From Candidatus Hodarchaeota archaeon (lineage in GTDB: Archaea; Asgardarchaeota; Heimdallarchaeia; Hodarchaeales; Hodarchaeaceae): a DNA stretch of 28,703 nt. The stretch covers positions 1 to 28,703 of the forward strand of contig JAHQWW010000037.1 of assembly GCA_029856365.1 (NCBI GenBank), written 5' to 3'. Below are positions 18,843 through 28,519 of this stretch, piece by piece; position 1 is the stretch's first letter, and the number at the start of each line of letters is the position of its first letter. The notes beneath the pieces are model-generated. The model made no database searches, had not been told where the DNA came from, and saw nothing but the letters and a program-made list of their open reading frames with translations. Position numbers and translations under genes: made by a program.

Positions 18843-19855
18843 ATAGCAAAGCAATCCTCGTCTATCTACCACTAGACTCAATCAATTTCTGTATTATATC
18901 CCATGTTTTTGAGAATTAAGTCCATTAATGATTTATTACCAGAATTCAAGTCCGTCCAAATTCCTACATTGCTAGACATATCCTTTTTAGACCTTAACGA
19001 TTTGACTCAAGTTTATCCACTTGAAAATGAAATAAATATACTAAATTCATAGACAATGAAGTGAAATGATAATATTAGTTATCTTCTCGCGTTTCAATTC
19101 AATAAATACCCAGACTACCATAATTTAACGATGCAATTTAATCTTGTCATTGTATCCATTAAATTAAGGCAATTCTTATAATTTTAGTTGAAGAAAATTG
19201 CATCTAGAAATCTTAACTTCTTCTGGACTTCAGTAAAATTAGTACGTTTGACTGATGTTTGTGTCAATAGTTGATCTAAGAGGTCATTAACATACATTAT
19301 AAAACAAATTTCCTCTGAAACAATCATTGACTCGATTACTCAAAGATTTTTGTTCTAAAAATGTGTTGGAATCTTAGATTATTTCATCATACTAAATTAA
19401 GAAAAAAGGGAATCCACCCTTTGTCCTCTCACTATGGGCGTTATTTCCCGCCTCTCATCATAATTTGGACTTTCTACTCTTATGAGATCTCTTGAAGGAA
19501 GATATATCTAATATCATAAGAATAAAGGTGATAGAATACCAAAAACCTTAAATAGTTGAATTTCACTAATATATATTGAAAACAAGCATGATTAATTGCT
19601 TAAGGTGGTTCTGCGCTTAAGATTATTACAATATTTGCGTAATAGAATCAGAAAAAAACATCATTACTACTCCCATTCAACATGAAATTAAGAGAAATAG
19701 TGTGTGAGGTATGATAACTCAAAACATTCACCTTTCTATGTGTTGGGAATATTGTTAGAGATGTTAAAGCTTATGAATGTTCATTGATTTGCTTTTCCTA
19801 TTCTAAACCAAAAATAGGATGAGCTATACTTATTATCTATCAAAGGAGACGACCT

Positions 19856-20383
19856 ATGTATTCTGTTGGCGAGATTAATCAAAATCTGGCATACTTTGAT
19901 TATTGGGATTTCCAAGTTGAATTTAGAATAAATAATCAGTTCCACAGTTTCAACATTAATAGTATGGATCAAATCTTTATGGGAGAGTACATCTCGTTAA
20001 AAAGAGCAATAGACCAAAAAAAGGCATTACAATGCTTCATAGATGTTGGTGAGGAAATTAGAGGTGATTTTCTAATAATTGGGAGCGTTTCTCTTACATG
20101 GAAACCTGAAGAAAAGGAATGTTATATAGGAACTCTCTGGATTGAACCTGAATTTCGTGGTAATGGTCTAGCATCATACATCCTCAATGAAATAGTCAAT
20201 TTTGCTGATGAATTAGGAATTCTTTTAGCTCTCCATGCTATGCCTTTTATTCATCCTGAAAAAAAACCAACTGATGAAGAAATTTTAAAATTGAAGGCCT
20301 ATTATCGGCAATTTGGTTTTGAAGAAAATCCAGAAACAAAGGGAATAGGTTTTAACTGTATAATGGAACGCTTACCGAATTAG
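19856..20383 (+). CDS. GNAT-family N-acetyltransferase
   Basis: LWIEPEFRGNGLAS (motif A) and YYRQFGF (motif B); GGAG RBS. Confidence 0.85.
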   Translation: MYSVGEINQNLAYFDYWDFQVEFRINNQFHSFNINSMDQIFMGEYISLKRAIDQKKALQCFIDVGEEIRGDFLIIGSVSLTWKPEEKECYIGTLWIEPEFRGNGLASYILNEIVNFADELGILLALHAMPFIHPEKKPTDEEILKLKAYYRQFGFEENPETKGIGFNCIMERLPN

Positions 20384-20419
20384 CCACCATCATCAAAATA
20401 ATTAATCTAATTTTTTTAT

Positions 20420-21376
20420 TCAAAGGTTTTTATAGATCTTGTAGCCTTTAATCAACCATTCAACATTCTCTTTAAGGAGAATATTACTAACTACTAATGG
20501 TTCTTTGAAAGTTAATTTTCTAAAGATATTCATCAATCCTAATAAGAATTTCATCATAAATTTCTCCATTTTAAACTCAGGTATGACTGGACTTAATTCT
20601 TTCATGATTAAATCAACAATATAATCAACATCATCTATTTTATCGTCATTTTCCGCAGTTTCGAAGATTTGCCACCACTGATCACAAACATTTCTGGCTT
20701 CTTCCAATATTTTTTTAGCTTCATCTTCATAAATGTAACCAAAATGAGCCAAGCAAATACTGTCATAGTCAATTTGTTTTAATTTATCAAGAGAAGCATA
20801 AAAATCATCTTTGTTCCAGTAAGGGGGCATAAATGGAGGAAGAAAAGTTTGATCTCCTATCTTATTACCAAGCGCGTCCCCTACAAAGATATTCTTATTT
20901 TTTTCATCAAGAATTGCAATATGATCCTTGATATGTCCCGGAACGTCGAAAATCCTAAGATTGAGTCCGTCTAGGTCGATATTTTCCCATTCTTTGAGTG
21001 GGATTACATCTTTGACATTTTGATAATTCTTGTTGGGATTAAAGATATTATTCCAAGATTGATCCTCTAATAATGGTATAGCTTTCTCAGATGCCATAAC
21101 TGTGATATTCTTAGTAGCTTGTTTTCGAAGAACTGGGATACCTTGACAATGATCCCAGTGAGAATGTGTTATTACTATGTAATCTGGTGGAAAAGCATTC
21201 AATTCTTTTAGAGTCTTAATAATTCGTGGAGCTTCAGTTCTAGTTCCACAATCAATAAGACATGTCTTCCCAGCTTCTACTAGATATACAGCACCCACAC
21301 CTGCGACTCCAAACAAACCATAATCGATTAGTGTCGTGTTTTCATTTATCTTTCCTACTTCTCTAATAGCCGTCAT
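20420..21376 (-). CDS. MBL-fold metallo-hydrolase with C-terminal helical extension
   Basis: LIDCG, THSHWDH, PGH, FVGDA and LAHFG motifs. ATG 21376 preferred over TTG 21499. Confidence 0.9.
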   Translation of the reverse strand: MTAIREVGKINENTTLIDYGLFGVAGVGAVYLVEAGKTCLIDCGTRTEAPRIIKTLKELNAFPPDYIVITHSHWDHCQGIPVLRKQATKNITVMASEKAIPLLEDQSWNNIFNPNKNYQNVKDVIPLKEWENIDLDGLNLRIFDVPGHIKDHIAILDEKNKNIFVGDALGNKIGDQTFLPPFMPPYWNKDDFYASLDKLKQIDYDSICLAHFGYIYEDEAKKILEEARNVCDQWWQIFETAENDDKIDDVDYIVDLIMKELSPVIPEFKMEKFMMKFLLGLMNIFRKLTFKEPLVVSNILLKENVEWLIKGYKIYKNL

Positions 21377-21728
21377 ATGAACAACCTTTTTTTTGGTAAC
21401 CTTATCATTTTTCCGATTAATGAAATATAAATCTTTTCGCAGATTCCTTAAAGTTTCCCTGACGTATATGTTCGAGATCAACTCATGGTTTTCTGACAAA
21501 TTATCCGATTAAATATAGAAACTAGTTTTAAGCCCTCTTTAAAATGATTTTGACCATAGTATTGTTGTTACATCAATTTAGTGGTAAATTAGCAATCATT
21601 TTAATCTAGAATGTTAAATAGGTCAAAATCTGTCTCAAGGTGCTTTATATCTAACTTTTTATTTGAGTAACTCATTTATTCTAAGATATAGGATTTTTTC
21701 ATGTTTACTGAGAGCTGATTGGTTTTTC

Positions 21729-22160
21729 CTAATTTTCTAGAATATTCTTTAAAGTTTGGAAATCTTTTCTTACTCCTCTTTTGATGAATCTAGCCAATAT
21801 AGGAGAGAGTATATCCTTAAAACCAGAGAGTTTGACTTCAGCTTTTAGAATTAATCTTGTCACTCCATTTTTGGGATTAAAAATGTAATCATGCGTAAAG
21901 GGGGTTGTACCTGACGTTGTTTTAATTTTAAATTCCTGATTTGGCTTAAATTCAATGACTTCCAATTTGTTGAAAACTTTTCCTTGTGGAAGTTCTCGCA
22001 TCATTATATATTTGGTACCTAAACCTTTGAGTACATCAGATAATCTTTTGATGGATTTTACTGAGGAATCCCATTCATAGAGATTTTCTCCAGTGCTTAT
22101 ATAATCAAATACTGCTTCAACAGAAGCTTCGATATCAATAGATTCACTAAATCTTATCAT
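21729..22160 (-). CDS. SRPBCC (START/polyketide cyclase-like) family protein
   Basis: SIDIEASVEAVFDYI...W at the N-terminus; C-terminal helix DFQTLKNILE. Confidence 0.88.
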   Translation of the reverse strand: MIRFSESIDIEASVEAVFDYISTGENLYEWDSSVKSIKRLSDVLKGLGTKYIMMRELPQGKVFNKLEVIEFKPNQEFKIKTTSGTTPFTHDYIFNPKNGVTRLILKAEVKLSGFKDILSPILARFIKRGVRKDFQTLKNILEN

Positions 22161-22317
22161 TTATTCACTTCTCTTAAGCTCTCTTTCTTTAATATAAGAA
22201 TATTATATCCCCCTTTTCATGTTATATGTAGCTATCCGTCTTTATAAAGATTTTGGGGTTTTTTTCAAAGTTAAATAAATAAACTATTTACAATTTGCAT
22301 CAGGATCAGCCATTCAA

Positions 22318-22467
22318 CTAATGTAGTAGTATCAAACTTCCTTTTGCATTAACTATTTTGTTTAATAGAATGATCGCTTCATCTGTAATAGAGTAGGTAC
22401 TAGCGTCTTTGATGAGTTTTTCAAAGATAATTTGTTTCATCAATGTAGTTTGATATAATTTTTCCAT
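22318..22467 (-). pseudogene. 49-aa truncated histone-fold paralog (alpha1-L1-alpha2 only)
   Basis: MEKLYQTTLMKQIIFEKLIKDASTYSITDEAIILLNKIVNAKGSLILLH*, with a GAGGAG RBS. Aligns without gaps to the histone at 28520 (10 identities in 32 positions). Not in the ORF track. Confidence 0.6.
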
Positions 22468-22662
22468 AGATTCTCCTCAAATAGAGATGGAAATGAGCTG
22501 CCAGTAATAATTGTCATTATTGGGGTAATTTTCTTAATAAAAATGATTTTAACATCAAATTTCCATTAAAGATTCCTTGAATTTTATTTTCATCTGAAGG
22601 GTGACCATGGTTTGCTTCTAGATCAAGAAGACTCCAGCAAAAATTTACAATTTGTTTCAGGA

Positions 22663-23292
22663 TTAATTCGTAATTTCAATATCTACGGTTTTTAAATGCT
22701 CTCTAGTAAATCTAATGATTTTTCCTGCTAATTTTTTCTGATCTTTATAAGTTTGGCTATAATCTTTCAAAGGAATTGTGGTTTTTTGATTATTGGTTTG
22801 TTCTACTTTCAAAATAACTGATTTTTCTGTTAAAACATTCACGGAAGTTTGAGCTATTGGCAAAACTGGAGTAGATAGAGCTTTAACTTCTTTGATAGAA
22901 GTTATTTCAATTTTATCAAGATTTTCCTCTTGTATGCTTTTAATAGTCTCATAATTTTCTGGATTTTGAAAGTTAATACTTTCATCTGTAAAACTAATGA
23001 TCTCTCTAGGTGGAGACAGTTTATTATCCAATAATTCTTGTGTAATGAGATATTTATGAATAAACCAAAGCATTAAGCCTAAAATCATGAAAATTACAGA
23101 TATACGAATCGTGTTGTTCACATCGGTGTGTGGTAGAAGTAGATGAGGCTGTAATAATGAAATGATAACTCCAATAAGACCAAAACTAAACATAACAACA
23201 GAGAAGATAATAAATGCGTAATGGAGATATTTTGTTTCCTTTTGTCTATCAGGTATTAAGAATAGTTTGTTATTAAGTATGAAATGTGCCAT
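22663..23292 (-). CDS. Hypothetical membrane protein (2 TM helices plus soluble C-terminal domain)
   Basis: Two long hydrophobic segments. GGAGG lies upstream of GTG 23304; ATG 23292 is the alternative start. Confidence 0.75.
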   Translation of the reverse strand: MAHFILNNKLFLIPDRQKETKYLHYAFIIFSVVMFSFGLIGVIISLLQPHLLLPHTDVNNTIRISVIFMILGLMLWFIHKYLITQELLDNKLSPPREIISFTDESINFQNPENYETIKSIQEENLDKIEITSIKEVKALSTPVLPIAQTSVNVLTEKSVILKVEQTNNQKTTIPLKDYSQTYKDQKKLAGKIIRFTREHLKTVDIEITN

Positions 23293-23948
23293 ATCTCGAT
23301 TCACAACCTCCTTAGTTGTTCGAAATCTGTTGTTTCAAATAAACTATGGTTTTTTTTCACTTATAAGTATTTTGGGGGGAAAAATCTTCCATTCATGGTT
23401 TTATAAGAAGAATTATGTCCAAAAACAGAAAATTTTGTGTTTGAAAAGAACTTTAAGTCATCTAACTCCGATTAATATCATTTCACGAACTAAGGATTTT
23501 ATTAACATGAATGATATTTAAAATTCAAACTCTAAGCTAAAAGATTTCGGATTAAAAACATAGTTTAATGATACATATATTCTAAAAGGGGGTGGATCAA
23601 TTAAAATTTATTTGATTCAACGTTATTTTTATTCAAAAAAATAATCGTGATACATGTAAAATATTCTAATAATGTGAAATCATATTATGCAATGATATTT
23701 CTTTGGATTTCAACCAAGAAATTTAATATTATTTCCCTAATCGTTATAATAAGTTTTTAATTCATTTTTTTTAAGAGGTCGATAATTTAAAGCTTAATCA
23801 TCATAATATTTTTAAAGACACTTCTGTTATAAAATCCTAACTCAAATTATGATTTTTAATTCAAAAAACCAAAACTCCAATTCAAAGAGGGGTAGGTAAT
23901 TATGTCATTATTTAAGCAAAAATTAATATAACGCTAGATAAGATAGGT

Positions 23949-24290
23949 ATGAATATTGAGTCCACTTATTCTAAACGGATTTATAAGATCAAAGATTTAA
24001 ACAGGTTAAGAGAACAAGTAAACATAATATTCCGAGTTATTGGTAAAGATGAAAAACAAGAATTTACATCAAGGAATTCTAATGAAATTCAGCATATTTA
24101 TAACTATAGGATCGCCAATAAAACAGCCACCATGCTTCTTACTCTTTATAATGAAGATATTGACGTCATTGAAGTAGGTAAAAGCTACAAATTGTCAAAT
24201 GGTTTAATATCTACTGCTAAAAATGGTTTAAGATTGATGAAAGGAAAGAAGGGGTTTTTTGAAAGAATAATAGCAAATGAATTGAATTAA
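23949..24290 (+). CDS. Single OB-fold SSB/RPA-like protein (divergent)
   Basis: KIKDL...VNIIFRVI...IANKTATMLLTLYN...IEVGKSYKLSNG...GLRL matches the archaeal single-OB SSB pattern. Confidence 0.75.
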   Translation: MNIESTYSKRIYKIKDLNRLREQVNIIFRVIGKDEKQEFTSRNSNEIQHIYNYRIANKTATMLLTLYNEDIDVIEVGKSYKLSNGLISTAKNGLRLMKGKKGFFERIIANELN

Positions 24291-24398
24291 TAACCATCAA
24301 GAACATTCTCTCTAAAGCGATAATTAGAGTAAGTTTATAGGTCCCCCTACTTTCATATTGAATATATTTTTCGATAGAATAATCATTATCCTATTTAG

Positions 24399-25334
24399 TT
24401 GATTATATTGTCTAAAGATCATTCAATACTTGTAACTGGTTTATTAGAGCGTGATAGTGGAAAAACTCACATTACATCTAATTTAATTCATTTATTTACC
24501 CAAAAAGGATTTACTATTATCCCATTTAAACCCTTATCAGGACATAATTTTGTATATCATTATACAAATACCTTAAAGAATGTTAAAAGGGGTCATCTCC
24601 TTTCAATGGACATCCAACAACTAGCTTATGCTGCGAATCTAGTTGAGTCAAATAAAAAAGTGGATATCTCATTAGAAGTTATGAATCCAACTCATATTCT
24701 ATTTACTAACTTATTGATTGAGCCATACATTCAAGAAAAGATCACAAGTTCATATTTTTCGATGTTTAACCATAGTATCCCTATACTTCAAAGATACACT
24801 ATCATCAATCTTAATGATTCATTGCTAAGCAGACATATTTATGCTATACGGGAAAATAATCAAAATTTCTATTCAAGGATTGCAATTGACACTAAAACAT
24901 TCAAATTATTAAAGAGAAAAGGGAATAAAAAAATCTATTTCTCTAATAAAGAAGAATTTAAACAAATTTCTGAGAAACATTATCGTACAGCAATTGAATC
25001 GTGTTTTAAGAAAATTCAAACTCAAAGACCAGATTTGATAATTATTGAGAGTATTAACAATGCAGCTGTTCCTTTTAGTTCAAAAAAAATATCTAAAACA
25101 ATCAAAATAGTATTAGCTGTTCAACCTGGAATGGTCTTGAGTTTTGATCCCCAAAGATATTTTCTAGTATTAGAAGAATTCAGTCATTTTAATGGATTAA
25201 TTGGTAAAACTTTGGAAAGTATTTTAAAAATTCTCAAACCAGAAAAGATTTTTAGAATCCCTATTACACAAGCTTTTCAAAAAGAGGATAAATTAGTAAG
25301 AGAATTGCTCTGTTATCTAAACGACTTTGTTTAA
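24399..25334 (+). CDS. Predicted P-loop ATPase/GTPase (COG4028-like)
   Basis: ILVTGLLERDSGKT, PFKPLSGHN, NP and IIIESINNAAVP motifs. Confidence 0.78.
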   Translation: MIILSKDHSILVTGLLERDSGKTHITSNLIHLFTQKGFTIIPFKPLSGHNFVYHYTNTLKNVKRGHLLSMDIQQLAYAANLVESNKKVDISLEVMNPTHILFTNLLIEPYIQEKITSSYFSMFNHSIPILQRYTIINLNDSLLSRHIYAIRENNQNFYSRIAIDTKTFKLLKRKGNKKIYFSNKEEFKQISEKHYRTAIESCFKKIQTQRPDLIIIESINNAAVPFSSKKISKTIKIVLAVQPGMVLSFDPQRYFLVLEEFSHFNGLIGKTLESILKILKPEKIFRIPITQAFQKEDKLVRELLCYLNDFV

Positions 25335-25361
25335 AAATTTATTGATTAATTTCCTCTTTTT

Positions 25362-26501
25362 TCATTGAGATGAAAGACCAACTTGTTTTCCCACCCCTTC
25401 TCCTTTAGTTTGAATCTTCACTCCTGCTCTTTCTATCAAGGTATCTAGTTTTGTAATATCATAATGCTTTTTCCAATTTGGGTCTTTCTTAGCTAAGTGA
25501 AAACCAAGTTCTGAATATCTTACCATATTAGTTTGTTTCTCTGTTTGAAGTTCCCGTAATGTTTGAAGGAGGAAATTAATCGCATTGTCTTTTTTTTGAT
25601 CCTCCTCCCTCTTATCCTTAAGAGGAAGAATTTCAGGATTTGGATATAAATGAAGAACTTTACCTAAATATTTAGGAGTTACAATTTGTTTACCACTTAA
25701 GTCAATCAAGCTCCTAAGTGTTTTCACTCCATATATCGTTTTCCAATTAGGTTCGATGCTGGATAGAGTTATACCCAACCTGCTGGCAAGGATACTCCCA
25801 TCAGGAGCAGAACGAGTATTTTGCAATGCTTTCTGAAGAAGATCTTGAGATTGTTTAATCTTCTCCATAGGTATTGAGGAAGAAGTTGGAATTCCTGATT
25901 TCTCTATTGAAATTCCAGGATGCTTAATTTTTCTATCTTTTGGTTCACGTAAAAATTCTAGAAGAAATTCAGTAGTAAGTTCCATTGTTTCATCGGCGCG
26001 CTGTCGTAGATCTGTTGAAGTTGTGATTTTCGGTCCATGGATCAGTCGAATAATGACTCCAGCATGTTTAGCTATTTCTACAGAAGGTTCAAAATCTCGA
26101 TCACCAGCTATTATAACAATAAGACTAACCTGATGTGTTGTTGCCAGATGTACCATTTGCACTGCTAGCTGCACATCAACTCTTTTCTGTTCTTTGCTTA
26201 CAATGGGCTGCTGACAATGCGGACATGCTGTTTTTCGCTCTACAACATCTCCAAGAATAACTTCAAACCTTGGTAAGAAACGTAAACCATCATGAAAACT
26301 TTGACGCTGGTCATCTTTACCATCGAAATAATAAGTTCGAAGACGATAAGCTGGTTGGCAAAGTTTATCACTTAATTTCTTCAAATCTATATTATGGACT
26401 CCTAACTCTTGTTCTATTTTGTTCCAGTAACTTCCATCGAAAAGAACTGCAGCTGTTGGAGGAAACGTAGTATCTGATTTTTCATTTCTAAGTCTATTCA
26501 A
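25362..26501 (-). CDS. NYN (LabA/DUF88, PIN-like) ribonuclease with two C-terminal OST-HTH/LOTUS-like domains
   Basis: FDGSY, YYFD, EQKRVDVQLA and AGDRDFEP motifs; two repeats of S.LG..L....PNWK..Y....L..LI. Confidence 0.85.
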   Translation of the reverse strand: MNRLRNEKSDTTFPPTAAVLFDGSYWNKIEQELGVHNIDLKKLSDKLCQPAYRLRTYYFDGKDDQRQSFHDGLRFLPRFEVILGDVVERKTACPHCQQPIVSKEQKRVDVQLAVQMVHLATTHQVSLIVIIAGDRDFEPSVEIAKHAGVIIRLIHGPKITTSTDLRQRADETMELTTEFLLEFLREPKDRKIKHPGISIEKSGIPTSSSIPMEKIKQSQDLLQKALQNTRSAPDGSILASRLGITLSSIEPNWKTIYGVKTLRSLIDLSGKQIVTPKYLGKVLHLYPNPEILPLKDKREEDQKKDNAINFLLQTLRELQTEKQTNMVRYSELGFHLAKKDPNWKKHYDITKLDTLIERAGVKIQTKGEGVGKQVGLSSQ

Positions 26502-27058
26502 AAATTAATCCCTCTCAATGGGGTAATACCTATAATCCCGTGAATTTAGTGTCTTTCTGAGAAGAATTGAAAACTATCTGTAGTTTCATTTTCTTTTCTA
26601 ATGATCACTTCTTCATTCTCGCGATTATAGGGCATGTAAAGGTATGATTCACCTTCTTTTAAAGATTTTGAAGTACAAGATGACACTCGAGTCGGCTTTT
26701 GAAAAAAAGCTTTTTTATCCAAAATTTACATTGTCCTTTTCAATAAATCAATTGATAATTTATAGTATAGTCCAATCATTTTGGTTTACAATAAAGATGT
26801 AACATCAATGTGTAAACAAGGATTGAGTTTTTTCTTGGGAAAATGTATCAACATTCCCATCTTTGATATATTTTTGGCTAAAAGTTTTCATAAGGATCAA
26901 AAGATTTATTAGATGACTTAATCCTCTTAATCATGATAAAGAATAGAATTTTTCCAAAAATAAATTGGAGGAGACAATGGAATATAGATTTTTATTCTAA
27001 AAAGAAATATATATTGTCTCTTGACTTGAAATCGTCTGAATAAGAGAGATACAATAAA

Positions 27059-27811
27059 ATGGTTCAAACTGAAATGGAAATAGATATCAAAGAAGATATT
27101 CCGCAAACAAACACATTAATCGTTGCCATTCCTGACACGGGGCTTGTTAGTATTATTACTGCTGCAGCAATAATTGAACAACAGAATTTAAAAGAGATTG
27201 GAGAAGTCAAAGCTCGAAATCTTCGTTCAGTTATAGTTTTAGAGGAAGGACTTCCAAAAAGTCCCATTAGGATTTTTGGTTCAGATAAAGCAAATATTTT
27301 AAAAGCAGATATTCCTATTGGAAGAACTGGAAGGATTGGGCTTGATTTTTCAGACCTAGTTCTGTCTTTTGCCAAGGATCGATATGAAAATCTGTTTTAT
27401 GTGTCTGGGATTCCAGATAGCCAAAGATCAACTCTAAAAATAGATGATTTAGAGATCTATGGAATCTCTACAACCAGTGACTATATTAAACAGATAGAAT
27501 CCCTAGAGAACGTTAAACGTTTTAAATATGGTGCTATTTCTGGGACTTATGCTAGTTTAATAGCAACTGCAGCTTCAAAAAAGTTTCCCTTACAAGCTTA
27601 TTATGTTTCTGCGTTTCCTAATTTTCCAGATCCTTTAGCCTCTGCTAGAGTTGTGAAAGATGTTATCAATCCTATTTTGCAATTAGACTTGAATATTGAA
27701 GAACTAATAGAAAAAGGCGATCAATTACAGCTTCAATTCCGTAAGCTCGCCTCACAAACGAAGCAAATGCTAAAACAATCACAACCTCCTACAAAAGGAT
27801 TATATGTCTAA
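27059..27811 (+). CDS. PAC2-family proteasome assembly chaperone/activator with C-terminal HbYX motif
   Basis: AIPDTGLVSII, PIRIF, VSGIP, FPDPLASA and LIEKG motifs; ends in GLYV. Confidence 0.87.
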   Translation: MVQTEMEIDIKEDIPQTNTLIVAIPDTGLVSIITAAAIIEQQNLKEIGEVKARNLRSVIVLEEGLPKSPIRIFGSDKANILKADIPIGRTGRIGLDFSDLVLSFAKDRYENLFYVSGIPDSQRSTLKIDDLEIYGISTTSDYIKQIESLENVKRFKYGAISGTYASLIATAASKKFPLQAYYVSAFPNFPDPLASARVVKDVINPILQLDLNIEELIEKGDQLQLQFRKLASQTKQMLKQSQPPTKGLYV

Positions 27812-27831
27812 TGGCTTGAAGGTAGGTCAAA

Positions 27832-28338
27832 ATGACTGATGATGAGAGGAAAAAGATTAAAGCCTCAAGAAAACAGGGTTCCAAAAGGTTAAGTGAATAT
27901 ATTGATGATTTTTTTGATGAGATCAGAGAAGAAATTCGATCGATAACTCCAAATTGGTTTTATAATAATCCCGCATTTTTTAGAGAAGAACAGGATTTTG
28001 ATGAACCAGAGAAAGGCTGTTTATGTCCCTTAGTAGATCTGCAAGATCTTGGTGATTCATATCTTTTAATCGCTTCTTTACCTGGCGTTAAATATAAACA
28101 AACGATAAAACTAGAAGCTGACCGTAGATCTCTCACTATTCGAGCCCAAATCAGAAACCCTGTGGTCATTCGAAATTTTGGATCCTTATCCCATAGTTAC
28201 AGAACCTGTGATACATTTTACAGACACCTCTATTTACCTGATATAGATCCTGAGTCAATTAAGGTTGAATTTATCGAAGGAGTATTAGAACTGCATATTC
28301 AGAAAAAAAGAACTAAACGAAGAATTCCTATCACATGA
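27832..28338 (+). CDS. Hsp20/alpha-crystallin small heat shock protein
   Basis: PLVDLQDLGDSYLLIASLPGV...FYRHLYLPDIDPESIKVEFIEGVLELHIQK...RRIPI (C-terminal IXI motif). Confidence 0.9.
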   Translation: MTDDERKKIKASRKQGSKRLSEYIDDFFDEIREEIRSITPNWFYNNPAFFREEQDFDEPEKGCLCPLVDLQDLGDSYLLIASLPGVKYKQTIKLEADRRSLTIRAQIRNPVVIRNFGSLSHSYRTCDTFYRHLYLPDIDPESIKVEFIEGVLELHIQKKRTKRRIPIT

Positions 28339-28519
28339 CAAATTCAATACAATATTCGCCAAAATACGTCATCAATGTCATGAAAACATAAGTCAGAATC
28401 TTTGGTGAAGAAAATTTTACAAATACAATCAGAACGTAAGATTTATTAAGAAGAATATGATGGTACCATTAGTAGTGACACTACATATGTCATTAATTTC
28501 GGAGAAGAGGTGAATTTGA

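Noticed and set aside
22270-22320. Stop read-through (Pyl/Sec) or frameshift completing the truncated histone
   Set aside because: Further stops follow within a few codons in frame, and the alternative frame (TLVEWLILMQIVNSLFI) lacks histone L2-alpha3 motifs.
23267-23521. Track ORF 23267..23521 (+)
   Set aside because: TTG start, overlaps the start and promoter of the divergent membrane-protein gene, and its composition looks like AT-rich intergenic DNA.
917-28169. Short track ORFs nested in or antisense to clear genes (e.g. 917-1171, 1971-2180, 2993-3256, 12407-12676, 13907-14260, 16120-16401, 17602-17904, 27064-27375)
   Set aside because: They overlap well-supported genes in other frames and have no recognisable motifs.
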